Positions 9,941-20,272 of a stretch of 54,222 nucleotides of DNA are shown one piece after another (position 1 is the stretch's first letter; every line of letters starts with the position of its first letter). The notes under the pieces are model-generated. The model ran no database searches. It was not told where the DNA came from and saw only the letters and a list, made by a program, of their open reading frames with translations. The translations under genes and the position numbers were made by a program. Origin of the DNA: Candidatus Bathyarchaeota archaeon (GTDB lineage Archaea > Thermoproteota > Bathyarchaeia > Bathyarchaeales > Bathycorpusculaceae); contig CAWGZR010000001.1 in assembly GCA_963827165.1 (NCBI GenBank), forward strand, positions 1 through 54,222. Reading direction: 5' to 3'.

Positions 9941-10093
9941 AAATAATATTTAAGTGAAAATACAGATTTAAGTAATATTACTAAAACGGTTTCTAAAATT
10001 GTGCTTGCAGTTTACGACAACCGTGTTTGGAAAATGCAAATAACAACCAAGTTCCCGACAGATCTTGAACACAATTGAAAAACGGTTGCAAGT

Positions 10094-10474
10094 TTAGTTT
10101 TTGTTTTCTTGTAATTTGCCGAATTCTAAGGCGCTCTTGATTAGTCGCTCGAATGTTTCGAAATCTGAATGTTGTATCGTTGTTTCCTCGGAACCGATAT
10201 ATTTGTTGTTTTTTGCTTGTCTAACCAATCTTTCGAATTCGTTTTCTAAAATATCCCTGGTCATTATAGGTTTGCCGTCCAGCAATCTTAGACCGCAGCC
10301 AAGGCAATATTCAAAATCGAACTGCAAAACCCGCTCTTTTGAGTTGCCTTCCCCAAAGTATTTGGTGTCCTTGACTAACTTGGTGAAGTTGACATCGTCA
10401 TATTCAATGAATGAGACATGGGTTTTTTTCATGTCGTGTTTATGGTTGGGGTCAGCGGACTTCTTTGTTTGCAT
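10094..10474 (-). CDS. Hypothetical protein (HxH and CxxC, possibly Zn-binding)
   Basis: 126-aa ORF with HKHD and CLGC. Confidence 0.55.
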   Translation of the reverse strand: MQTKKSADPNHKHDMKKTHVSFIEYDDVNFTKLVKDTKYFGEGNSKERVLQFDFEYCLGCGLRLLDGKPIMTRDILENEFERLVRQAKNNKYIGSEETTIQHSDFETFERLIKSALEFGKLQENKN

Positions 10475-10617
10475 TTTGCTTCGCGGGTGACTTATCTAAT
10501 CTTGGGATTAATATAACCTTACTTTAGAAGAATCTACTGTAAAAAACAGCAATTTGACGTGAAATCGTTAGATTAGCTTGCTGCTGAAAAAAGAAAAAAA
10601 TAGGAATTATTATTCAA

Positions 10618-11172
10618 CTAGTTGCTTGCCTTTCGTTTTCTAACCATCAAGAAAGCTGCAGCGGAACCTACTGCGAACACTGTTACAACGGCTAATAGCG
10701 GTGGAAATTCAGGGGTTGTAGCTGGTGTTGGTGAGTGCGATGCCGATGTGGAGGCGGTCGGGGTCGGGGTCGGGGTGGCGGATGTTGAGGATTGTGTTAC
10801 TGTAAATTGGGTTTGCGTTGAGCTTCCAGTAGATTGATCGGTTATTGTGAACCCATAGAGTCCAGACTCTACTGAAGGGACTATCACCGTCGTGTTTAGG
10901 TTTCCGTTGGCGTCTGCGCTGAAGTTGTAGGCGCTTGTTCCATTCCAAAGTTCACTGTTTATTTCTCCGTTTGCTGTGAATCCTGACCCGTAAACATGCA
11001 CTGTTGTGCCGGCTGGTCCGCTTGTGGGGCTTAACGTTACGCTGGGGGCTGCATTCGCTCTCGGCATTGCCATCGATCCGATAACCAATAGACCGAAGAA
11101 GAACACTGCGAGAGCTATCGCGGCGTATACTTTATTTGATTTGCCTAAAAAAAGCAATTTAAACACCAACAA
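10618..11172 (-). CDS. Secreted IPT/TIG-like protein with PEF-CTERM sorting signal
   Basis: VTLSPTSGPAGTTVHVYGSGF; T/P linker; PEFP, TM helix, RKRK. Confidence 0.8.
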   Translation of the reverse strand: MLVFKLLFLGKSNKVYAAIALAVFFFGLLVIGSMAMPRANAAPSVTLSPTSGPAGTTVHVYGSGFTANGEINSELWNGTSAYNFSADANGNLNTTVIVPSVESGLYGFTITDQSTGSSTQTQFTVTQSSTSATPTPTPTASTSASHSPTPATTPEFPPLLAVVTVFAVGSAAAFLMVRKRKASN

Positions 11173-11334
11173 TCATATTCTTTTTCGACCATTTTAGTTT
11201 TATGGTGAAGCTAGATGACCTTGATTCGCCATTTGGACTAAGAACCGGTTGAACCGCAAGATCCTTGTATTATGCGGAAGGCGCAATCAGTATAAGCGGT
11301 GTTTTCTTCTATATGTTGATGGTAGTGACTTCTT

Positions 11335-11745
11335 TTGTCCGTTAGCAAAAATGGAGTTGTGTCTCTTCTTAGCGAATATTCTTTTGCCGAAACCTTCGAA
11401 CGCCTCGAATCCAAGGTTACCTCGCTGGGACTCACAACATTCGCCCGCATAGCATTCAGCGACGACGCAGCGCGCGCAGGCCTAAAAATGAGACCCACCC
11501 GCCTTCTTATCTTCGGCAACCCCAAGGCTGGAACCCCCTTGATGCTCGCATCGCCAACGCTTGCCATTGATTTTCCCCTCAAGATTCTTGTTGCTGAGGA
11601 TGAAAACGGCAAAACATGGGTTTCCTATAATTCACCGCAGTACCTGAAGGAACGCCACGGCATCCCGGACAACTTGCTGGGAAACATCGCTGGCATTGTT
11701 TCAATCGTAGAGTCTACTATAAAATTGAAAAAGGCAAGAATGTGA
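11335..11745 (+). CDS. DUF302 family protein
   Basis: PTRLLIFGNPKAGTPLM...AIDFPLKILV...WVSYNSP. Confidence 0.85.
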   Translation: MSVSKNGVVSLLSEYSFAETFERLESKVTSLGLTTFARIAFSDDAARAGLKMRPTRLLIFGNPKAGTPLMLASPTLAIDFPLKILVAEDENGKTWVSYNSPQYLKERHGIPDNLLGNIAGIVSIVESTIKLKKARM

Positions 11746-11758
11746 AAAGAGCGTTTTG

Positions 11759-13874
11759 TTAATATGTTGAAGTTGGCGTGTCAGCGGGATCTGCTTTTCT
11801 GCGTTTTAGCAACACGAAGACGGCAACCATCGCTACAACAGCTATGACTACAATGATCAGGATTGTGGAAAATGGGAAGCCATGGCCTGTTTGGCTTGCA
11901 ACGTTAGCTGCCAGTGTCAATGTCACCGCTGCTGGCTGGTTTTTCAAGTCAACATGGGTAATTGTCTGGATGCATCCTTTGGCACTTACGTCGAAGGTAT
12001 AGTTTCCAGCTGTGGCGTTTTGGAAGACAATGTATCCCGTGGCGTTAGTATTGCCTGAGAGAGTTTGCACTCCGTCGGGTTGGACCGTTGATGAGACAGT
12101 TGCGCCTTTAAGTGGGTTGCCGTTGCTGTCTTTGAGGTATAGCTGTATTGTCAATGGCCCCGTCCAGGTTGAGTCGGTGGTTGAGGTTAAAGTTTGGGTT
12201 GAATTTGAGGTTGATGAATTTGACGGCTGAACAGTTATCTGAATTGTTGCTATGGTGTTTGCATATCCGGTTTTTGAGGTAGTAGCTGTAATTGTGCATG
12301 TGGTTGTTTTCGTGAAGCTCGGAGCAGTAAAAGATGTGTTATAATGCCCGTTTCCCAGTTCTTTAGTTGTTGTGAACGTTCCTCCACTGTCAGAGGTAAA
12401 CTGGATTGTCGCGCCTGTAACTACGGCGCCATTAGCGGTTATTAGGACGGCTATGTTTGTTTTGGCACCGTTACTTAGACTGGTCGAACCCGGAGTCAAC
12501 GTCACTAAGTAGAGGTAAATAATCTATGCTGTACGTCGTCATCGACGCTTGTCCAGTGGAATAACTTGAACCTAAAGCGGTGATTGTGGTTGTGCCCGGC
12601 GAGTTCGTTACGCTGACGGTTCCCATAGCTTGTGTCTGACCAAAAGGAATCGTCAAGGATGAGCTTACTCCTGCCACTGTTGGCTGCGATGACGAAAGGG
12701 TTACGGTAACATCTGAGGTTGGATCCTTTGCAGGTCTTCCCAGGGAGTCTTGAAGCTGTACTTCTACTGCGTTGTAAGTCGAGTTATCGGAAGGCAACGA
12801 TGCTGGGACGCAGAAGACGGCTAGTTTTGTCGGCGTGAAACCTGTTGTGGTTATGGATTGTGTTCCTTTTGTAGTGCCTGTTGCTAAAGCAGTTATTGTT
12901 ATGATGCCCGCTTTGTATGTGGTGGTCAAAGTTGCCAACGCGTAGGTTTGGCCCGTTGGAATCGTCAACTGCGAGTTGATTTGGCCGATGGTTGGATCCG
13001 TTGATGACATAGTAACACTGGTGTCTGACGTAATAGCGCAAACGCATGTCCCGTTCCAAAGTTCGACTGCGACTTGTGGGTACGCGTTTGCATCTGCAGG
13101 GATTTGGGGTGGTCCAGTAAACACTTTGAGTTGGCTTGGATTTGATGCAACGGGCGTCGTGGTGATAGTTAGCTGTTCGGGGAAGTATCCTTGCGCGGCG
13201 GTGTAGATTGTAACTGTTTGAACTTTCGTGTTGTTTGGTACGGTTGTAAAGTTGGCTGTGGCGTAGGTTGTTCCTTCCGCAATGAAGACGGATGGTGATA
13301 CTGATCCAACGTTAGCGGCCGAACTTGATAATGTGACTTCTACTCCGCCCTTTGGAGCTTTGGCTGGGGCACCGGATGAATCCTGCAGCTGCACCAAAAT
13401 GGCGTTGTAGGTTCCGCCGTCAGCTGGCAGCGTCGATGGGAATCCATATACTGAGACTTGGTATGGTGTGTATCCGTCGGTTATTATGGATGATTGTACT
13501 GGTGTGAACCCGCTTGCCGTTGCGGTTATCGTTGTAGATCCAGGGCTAAATGTTGTCTGGAAACTTGTTGCCACATAGGTTGAATCCTTCGGCAGGGTGA
13601 CTGACGGTTGCACCGTTCCAACGTTAACTTGGGATGATGATAGACCCACGACGATGTCCTGGGTTGCTCTGGCTGGTTTTCCACTTGAATCCACAAGTTG
13701 GATAAAAATGCAGTTGTATGAGTTGTTGTCTGCAAGGACGCTTGTCGGTCCGAAGTAGATTTTAAGGGCGGCGGGGGCATTTGTTGAGCCGTATCCGCTA
13801 TTTTGGCTTACTACCATAAGTAATGAAAAAATAACTATGAATGCTACAATTGCAGACTTTGTTTTCCTAAACAT
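11759..13874 (-). CDS. Surface protein with Ig-like repeats, carboxypeptidase-regulatory-like domain and C-terminal TM; split by a +1 frameshift near 12507
   Basis: ORFs 12471-13874 and 11759-12505 join (YLPLL-VTLTPGS) if one base of CTAAG is removed; repeated LPAD...VQLQDS.G.PA units. Confidence 0.75.
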
Positions 13875-14095
13875 CTTTCTTCCTCAACTCAAGATTTTTC
13901 ACTTTAATGGGGTTTACGTTATTTTTCAAGGCCAAGTTGCTTAAGTATATTATGTATTAATAAACGATACTCATTTGTGTTGAACACTTAAACAAATCAG
14001 CAAAAACCCCGTTTTTTGCGGAAGATTGATTACGGAAAATAAGCATTAGAGGCTAACACAAACCCTACTAAAGCTAGATAATTGGTAATTCCGAC

Positions 14096-15040
14096 ATGAC
14101 TCAAACAAAAGAGGAACAACAGCCACACGAGAAGCCAAAAACAAATCCTGATCATTACAGAGTCCTAGCTGTCCTCCTCTCAGCTGTTTTTGTAGCAGTC
14201 GTAGCAGTCCTCGAACTCACAAATGACATTATACCTGGGCCAGAGTTCGTAATCGTGGTTTTGCTGGTCTATGCAGCTTACAGCAAGAAGATTTGGCGGT
14301 TTGTTAAAGATTGGATTCCGTTCCTCTTGATTTTCGTTTCATATGAAACCTTGAACGGATTAGTTGGCACAGTGTCCAAATTCAACATTCACTATGGACC
14401 TTACAACTTTGATCTCGCTCTCTTCGGCGGAAACGATCCCAACTTGCTTCTGCAACATTTCCTGAAAACACCCATATTAAACTTCACAGGCGCTTTTTTC
14501 TACACAATTTACTTTTTCGTCCCCACGGTCTTTGGCTTTGTTCTCTGGATAGGAAGTAACAAAAATTACTGGAAATACACCATTTCCATAGCGGTTTTAG
14601 TCTACACTTCTCTGATCACTTTTTTAATTTATCCAGTTGCCCCACCGTGGCTCAACACCGCCTTAACAAATCAAGGTCTAACGCGCATATTGTCTTCCTC
14701 GGTTGACAAAAGCCTAGGAGTGCCCGCTTACAAAACACTCTACGATTTTTTGGGACCAAACCTTTACGCGGCTTTTCCCAGTCTTCACTCGGCGCTACCA
14801 TGGCTTGTTTTTCTTTTCGCCTTCAAAATTTGGAAACGAAAAGCGCTTCCTGTGTTGGCTCTTCCGGTTGGAACTTGGTTTAGTGCAGTTTACCTCGGCG
14901 AACACTACTTCACAGATGTCTTAGGCGGAATCATCTATGCTACCGCGGCATTTGTAGCTGTGGAGGCGTTCTTTCCACTAATATTACGTCGACTAAGCAC
15001 AATGAGGAAAACACCTCAAAATCTACAAGCCCAAAATTGA
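14096..15040 (+). CDS. PAP2/AUR1-like membrane phosphoesterase or phosphotransferase
   Basis: YPVAPPW, AAFPSLHSA, AVYLGEHYFTDVLGG motifs; several TM segments. Confidence 0.85.
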   Translation: MTQTKEEQQPHEKPKTNPDHYRVLAVLLSAVFVAVVAVLELTNDIIPGPEFVIVVLLVYAAYSKKIWRFVKDWIPFLLIFVSYETLNGLVGTVSKFNIHYGPYNFDLALFGGNDPNLLLQHFLKTPILNFTGAFFYTIYFFVPTVFGFVLWIGSNKNYWKYTISIAVLVYTSLITFLIYPVAPPWLNTALTNQGLTRILSSSVDKSLGVPAYKTLYDFLGPNLYAAFPSLHSALPWLVFLFAFKIWKRKALPVLALPVGTWFSAVYLGEHYFTDVLGGIIYATAAFVAVEAFFPLILRRLSTMRKTPQNLQAQN

Positions 15041-15175
15041 GTTCTTGTTGAGCTCCATAACTTTGCAATCGTAGGTAGTCACAATAATAAATTGCGGTAG
15101 TAGGTTCAATATCTTGTAAGCCATTGTAAAAAAATGTTTTCGGATGTTTTCTTAACTAAACTTGTGGATAAGCGG

Positions 15176-15382
15176 TTATCTTCGTTTGCGTGAATTCCAT
15201 GCGAAGTACAGAACTGCCGAAATGAGAAAAGTCGAGTCAAGCATGTTCGGGAAAGACGGGAAATAGACCCATTGATTAAAGAAGGTCACAAATTTCAACG
15301 CTATGCCGATTGTTCCACAAACAAACAATATTGACGCACAATCTCGAAACAGTTCAGTTCTGTTATTGTGGATTGCTTTCAT
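15176..15382 (-). CDS. Small two-TM hypothetical protein
   Basis: 68-aa ATG ORF with two hydrophobic stretches and a basic tail. Confidence 0.4.
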   Translation of the reverse strand: MKAIHNNRTELFRDCASILFVCGTIGIALKFVTFFNQWVYFPSFPNMLDSTFLISAVLYFAWNSRKRR

Positions 15383-15468
15383 GTATCATCGTTGGACACA
15401 TATACACTTTTGAAATAAGTAAATTATGAAGCCCCAATTCTGATCAATAATATGGTTTAAGCCTTATA

Positions 15469-16155
15469 TCAAGAAATTCTTGTGGCTGTCTCGATTAGGA
15501 AACCTTTCTTGCTTATCGTGTATGGAAGCCGCCGGGCAGGCACAAACAAGCCCTTCATCTTTTTTAGGAGCATATCAGTGCGCACAGTGTCGGTTGTCCA
15601 AGTTGTTGTGAAAACTATAACGCCCTCTGCAAAATGCTGCATTACCGTTTCAGCCTTTGAATCCTGCATCCCATCAGTGAGCAATAGCATATGGTAGTTT
15701 TCAGAATTTCTGTTCTCACGGGACATGGCAGTCAGCAGACCAATGACCTCTTCCATTTTACGGGAAAGAAGCACCTCTGACAAAGAATCAAGAAGAATAG
15801 TCCGATTCTGCTTCATTTCCTCGATTACGCACTCCTGCAAGTTACCGCTTTTTGTTATGTTTTTAAACTTCCAGTTTCCACTGGTTTCAAGCGGCGTTGT
15901 GTCCCAGTTGTAGGTTGCCATGTCTTCTCTAATGGTTTCCTGTGTTTCGTTGACGCTAATGTAGGTGACTCCGAACTGTTTTGCCCGTAGGAACGCGATT
16001 TGTCTTGCGAAAATCTCGTTTCCTGCGCCTGGTAAACCCGTAAGAAGCAGAATTCTTGGGGGCAGACCTCCCGTTAAAAACTCATCTAGACCTGCGATAC
16101 CTGTTTTAACAAGCTTCATTACGGTTTTCCTTCTATTTACTTGTGAATCCTTCAT
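15469..16155 (-). CDS. KaiC/RAD55-like ATPase with degenerate Walker A
   Basis: KTGIAGLDEFLTGGLP, TGLPGAGNE, ILLDSLS, KKMKG; start may be ATG 16119. Confidence 0.85.
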   Translation of the reverse strand: MKDSQVNRRKTVMKLVKTGIAGLDEFLTGGLPPRILLLTGLPGAGNEIFARQIAFLRAKQFGVTYISVNETQETIREDMATYNWDTTPLETSGNWKFKNITKSGNLQECVIEEMKQNRTILLDSLSEVLLSRKMEEVIGLLTAMSRENRNSENYHMLLLTDGMQDSKAETVMQHFAEGVIVFTTTWTTDTVRTDMLLKKMKGLFVPARRLPYTISKKGFLIETATRIS

Positions 16156-16361
16156 TATAATACTTTGTGAATTGAAAATGCAAGTTTAAAGACTCTCTTA
16201 AAGTTGGTAGACCTTTTTTCTCATCAGAATATGAAAGCTATCCATCGTTGTATCATATCCAATTCCGCTAGAACAATATTGCATAGTGTTTTTTAAGCAA
16301 GCGATCCAAAGTATGTATCAACCAAACAATCGTTTGAGACAGAAAGGAGAGAAAATAAAAA

Positions 16362-16829
16362 ATGAATTATAGAAAAATCCGTAGAAATGTAAAAGCGATC
16401 TCACCGATAATTTCCACACTACTGCTCATCGCAATCGCAGTCGTAGCCTCACTCGTAGCATACGCATGGGTCATGGGATATATAGGATTCCAAACCGCAA
16501 AAACAGGTCAAGCGGTGCAAATACAAAGCGTATCCGATCAGGGAAATGTGTTGACCGTTTACGTGCAGAATATAGGACAGGCACCCATAAGCTTCAATAT
16601 AGGCAGTGCTACTACTTCAGCTTCTTGCGTATTCGTTAATGGACAAGCCGTTGCAATAACTACTTCAACTCCTGCTGCAGGAACCAATGGTCAAATAACA
16701 AACGTAGCTGCTGGAAACACAGTAACCTTCGTCACCAGTTTTGTACCTATCGTCGGCCAGCCAGTAGTCGTCAAAGTCAATTCTGTGGACGGAACCTTCA
16801 ACTCAATGACCTATACTTTCACATCGTAA
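16362..16829 (+). CDS. Archaeal type IV pilin (probable major pilin)
   Basis: Class III signal RRNVKA|ISPIISTLLLIAIAVVASLVAYAWVMG; GGAG RBS; T-rich terminator downstream. Confidence 0.9.
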   Translation: MNYRKIRRNVKAISPIISTLLLIAIAVVASLVAYAWVMGYIGFQTAKTGQAVQIQSVSDQGNVLTVYVQNIGQAPISFNIGSATTSASCVFVNGQAVAITTSTPAAGTNGQITNVAAGNTVTFVTSFVPIVGQPVVVKVNSVDGTFNSMTYTFTS

Positions 16830-16846
16830 GGATTAGATCGCTAAAA

Positions 16847-16868
16847 ACCTTTTTTTTCCCATATTTTT
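16847..16868 (+). terminator. Oligo-T terminator after the pilin
   Basis: CCTTTTTTTTTCCCATATTTTT just after the stop at 16829. Confidence 0.5.
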
Positions 16869-16910
16869 AAATTAAGCTAAAGAACTAACTCGTTTGAGAT
16901 GGCGTAAACT

Positions 16911-18560
16911 ATGGTGTTCAACAAGCAACTGGGTAAAATGTTTAGTCGGAAGAAACCAGTCGATACTCCGAAAGAAAAGCTGGCTGATGGAAGTAACAGT
17001 GCCGAAGAAAGTGTGCTTCAGCCAAGTTTGACAAGTGAAGGCTTGGATGTTGGTGTAACTAAAGTTGGGACGCCGGATGCCGTCGAGAGAGTTGTTTTAG
17101 AAAGTTATTCGCTTAATGCACCTTATGCTTCTGTTGATGTAACGAGGGACTCTTTGAGAGGTAACGTCACATATATCTTGAAAGAGCCAGCCCTTACTGA
17201 GACAGATGTGACAAATCTGAATCGTTTAAAAGATATTCTAAACCAAGTGCTTCTGGTGAAATCAAGCGATTTACAGTCTAAGCAGGCTGCCTCAGATTAC
17301 TTGGTTAAGAAATGTAACGAAGTTTTGGACAATTACAAATTCAACTTAGACCCTGTAACTCGTGGGAAACTGCTGTATTATGTTCTTAGGGATAATACTG
17401 GGTTCGGTAAAATAGATGCCTTGATGCACGACCCCTTGATAGAGGACATTTCATGCGACGGCGTCAACGTTAACATGTACGTTTGGCATAGAAAATTCGA
17501 ATCCATCCCTACAAACGTCAAATTTGAAACCGCAAGCGAACTAGACACGTACGCCCTTAGACTTGCTTACCAATGCGGCAGCCACGTTTCAATAGCGCAG
17601 CCGCTTTTGGATGCAAGTTTGCCTGATGGAAGTAGAATCAACTTAACCTACGGAAGCGAAGTCACGCGCAAAGGCTCCACTTTCACCATTAGAAAATTCA
17701 AACTTGACCCTTTCACAGTCACCGATCTTATAACCTTTAAGTCACTCTCAGCTGAAATGGCTGCTTTCTTCTGGTACGCAGTCGAAAACAGGGTCTCAAT
17801 TCTTGTTGCAGGAGGAATCGCAGCTGGCAAAACAACTTTACTCAACTGCTTGAGCATGTTCATAAAGCCTGACCTCAAAGTTGTTTCAATAGAGGATACC
17901 CCTGAACTAAATCTGCCACATGAAAACTGGATACCGGCCACTACTAGGACCCATTTTGGTCTCTCAACTGAGAATGCGGATGTTTCACTTTTCGATTTAC
18001 TCAAAGCTTCACTGAGGCAGAGACCAGACTACATTATTGTGGGTGAAATCAGAGGCGCTGAGGCATACACCCTTTTCCAGGCAGTCAGCACGGGTCACCT
18101 TGGAATGTCAACCGTTCACGCGGAATCCGTGGAATCCACAGTTTACCGACTGGAATCAGCCCCTATGAACATTCCCAGAACTCTCATAGCCGGCATTGAC
18201 ATCATTTTGGTTCAAAAAAGAGTTGAATTAAACGGCAAACCCTGGAGAAAAACTATATCAACGGCCGAAATTGTGGGGTTAGATCCGCGGTCAGGAGAAA
18301 TCCTAACAAACGATGTCTATAGATGGAACCCTGCCCAAGACACCTTCGACTATACAGGCAGAAGCTATATCCTCGAAAAAATTGCGGAGAAAACAGGCAT
18401 AACCCCTGAGCAGGCCACGGAGGAAATCCAAGCCAGAACCAAAATCTTAGAGTGGATGGTCAAGAAAAACATACGTGACTACAAGGATGTTTCAAACATA
18501 ATTCGAAGCTACCTTGAAAACCCAGTGCCCCTGCTGGCGGAGGCGCAGAAAAACGAATAA
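16911..18560 (+). CDS. Type II/IV secretion (pilus assembly) ATPase, PilB/ArlI/VirB11 family
   Basis: GGIAAGKTT, SIEDTPEL, LRQRPDYIIVGEIRG, TGHLGMSTVHA. Confidence 0.95.
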   Translation: MVFNKQLGKMFSRKKPVDTPKEKLADGSNSAEESVLQPSLTSEGLDVGVTKVGTPDAVERVVLESYSLNAPYASVDVTRDSLRGNVTYILKEPALTETDVTNLNRLKDILNQVLLVKSSDLQSKQAASDYLVKKCNEVLDNYKFNLDPVTRGKLLYYVLRDNTGFGKIDALMHDPLIEDISCDGVNVNMYVWHRKFESIPTNVKFETASELDTYALRLAYQCGSHVSIAQPLLDASLPDGSRINLTYGSEVTRKGSTFTIRKFKLDPFTVTDLITFKSLSAEMAAFFWYAVENRVSILVAGGIAAGKTTLLNCLSMFIKPDLKVVSIEDTPELNLPHENWIPATTRTHFGLSTENADVSLFDLLKASLRQRPDYIIVGEIRGAEAYTLFQAVSTGHLGMSTVHAESVESTVYRLESAPMNIPRTLIAGIDIILVQKRVELNGKPWRKTISTAEIVGLDPRSGEILTNDVYRWNPAQDTFDYTGRSYILEKIAEKTGITPEQATEEIQARTKILEWMVKKNIRDYKDVSNIIRSYLENPVPLLAEAQKNE

Positions 18561-19413
18561 ATCTTTGCTCTCGATGTGTCTACGAATTTCCAGCATCATG
18601 CCGAAAAGCCTCCTCTCTGAATTCAGTAGCCTACAAAACAACTTGGCTAAAGCAAGCCTTATGATTACTTTTGAAGCTTACATGGGCTTAACAGTTTTCA
18701 CTTCAATTGTTTCAGGGGCCCTGTCCTTGTCTTTGTCTTTTCTCATATCACAATCCATAGTGGATGGAGTCTTAGTTGGGGTGATTGTTTTTTTCCTTTC
18801 AATCTGCGTTTGCTACATGCTGCCGCAACTAAATATCTCCTCAAAGGTTAGAAAGATAGATGCAAATTTGCCTCTTACGGCAAACTTTATGGCAGTCCTT
18901 GCCAGCGCTGGTATGCCGCCAGAACGCATTTTTCGGTCGCTCGCGAACGTTGGAGACGAATTCGGCGTAGGCGAAGAAGTCAGAAGAATAATAGGCGACA
19001 TTGAACTTTTAGGACTAGACCTGAATTCTGCCTTAAGAAATGGGTCTTTGCGGTCGGCTTCCCCAAAATTCGGTGCAATGCTCGATGGTGTTGTAACTAC
19101 TGCGCATATGGGCGGCGATTTGTCGGCTTATCTGCGTGAGGAGGCTGAAAAATTCAAAAAGGCAAGAGTCGCATCAATGAGAAGCTATGTAGATAGTCTA
19201 GGCGGAATAGCTGAAGTCTACGTCAGTTTGATGATTGCTCTGCCACTGGCCTTGGTGGTTATGTTGTCGATAATGTCTTTTTTAGGCGGCGGCGCTTCAA
19301 TGTTGGGCAATATCGATCCACAAACGCTGCTTTTACTAGTATGTTTTCTCGCAATACCCGCTGGTGTGGGCATTCTAATGTTAGTTGTTGATTCGATGAC
19401 TCCTCCGAGGTAG
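18514..19413 (+). CDS. T2SS F family (TadC/ArlJ-like) membrane platform protein
   Basis: IDANLP...FMAVLASAGMPPERIF; TM helices; start uncertain (18514, 18553 or 18574). Confidence 0.9.
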   Translation: MKTQCPCWRRRRKTNKSLLSMCLRISSIMPKSLLSEFSSLQNNLAKASLMITFEAYMGLTVFTSIVSGALSLSLSFLISQSIVDGVLVGVIVFFLSICVCYMLPQLNISSKVRKIDANLPLTANFMAVLASAGMPPERIFRSLANVGDEFGVGEEVRRIIGDIELLGLDLNSALRNGSLRSASPKFGAMLDGVVTTAHMGGDLSAYLREEAEKFKKARVASMRSYVDSLGGIAEVYVSLMIALPLALVVMLSIMSFLGGGASMLGNIDPQTLLLLVCFLAIPAGVGILMLVVDSMTPPR

Positions 19414-19419
19414 AAAAAT

Positions 19420-20268
19420 ATGCGACAGATTTCGAAAAACAAAAGGCAAACGACCGCTGCTGTCTCTGTGGTGTTGGTCTTAGTAGGCATATTCATGTTT
19501 GCAATATTCAATCCCAACGCTCTGACTCTTTATGCAAACGAAATATTCCTCTTGGGCATCCTAGTCGTCATTATACCCTCAGCCGTACTTGACTATGAAA
19601 ACCAAACTTGGGTTTCAGCCATTGAAGATCAAATGCCCCTTCTGGTCCGCGGTGTCTCCGAATCTCAAGAGACGGGATTAACTCTAGTCAAAGCTCTAGA
19701 AAAAGTAGTGGATAACAAGATGATTGGTCATCCCCTGTCGGATGAGATTAAGAAGTTGTTGATTCAGATGTCATGGGGCGCATCATTTGAGCAAGGTCTC
19801 ATAAACTTCAAAGAGAGGATCAACTCACCAATAGTTAACAGGTTCTGCGCTCTAGTACTTGAAGCAAGCAAGTCGGGAGGCACTATTAAGAAAGTTTTCT
19901 CCAACACTTCTAATTTTATGGTTGAAATGAAGGATATGGATAAGGAAGCAAGCGCCCAGATGAAACCCTACATTATTGTGATCTACGCTGCTTTTGGAGT
20001 ATTTCTAGTTACAGGCGCTCTACTTGTGCGGTCTTTCCTGTCGCCAGTTCAAGGAACACCGATGATCATGAGCCAAGTTTCTACTGGTAGCACCAGCGGA
20101 CTCAAGGACTTCTTCTACAAAGACATGCTGGTTTCCGCGATTACTGGAGGTTTAATGGCTGGAAAACTTGGTGAACGGAGAGTAGCGGGCGGCTTAAAAC
20201 ACGCCATAATCTTGAGCATCGTAGGCTACATGATATTCTTTGTTGTGATTCCGCCAGTTTGGATGTGA
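19420..20268 (+). CDS. T2SS F family (TadB/TadC-like) membrane platform protein
   Basis: IEDQMPLLVRGVSESQETGLTL...MSWG...EASKSGG...GLMAGKLGE...GLKH. Confidence 0.9.
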   Translation: MRQISKNKRQTTAAVSVVLVLVGIFMFAIFNPNALTLYANEIFLLGILVVIIPSAVLDYENQTWVSAIEDQMPLLVRGVSESQETGLTLVKALEKVVDNKMIGHPLSDEIKKLLIQMSWGASFEQGLINFKERINSPIVNRFCALVLEASKSGGTIKKVFSNTSNFMVEMKDMDKEASAQMKPYIIVIYAAFGVFLVTGALLVRSFLSPVQGTPMIMSQVSTGSTSGLKDFFYKDMLVSAITGGLMAGKLGERRVAGGLKHAIILSIVGYMIFFVVIPPVWM

Positions 20269-20272
20269 AAAA

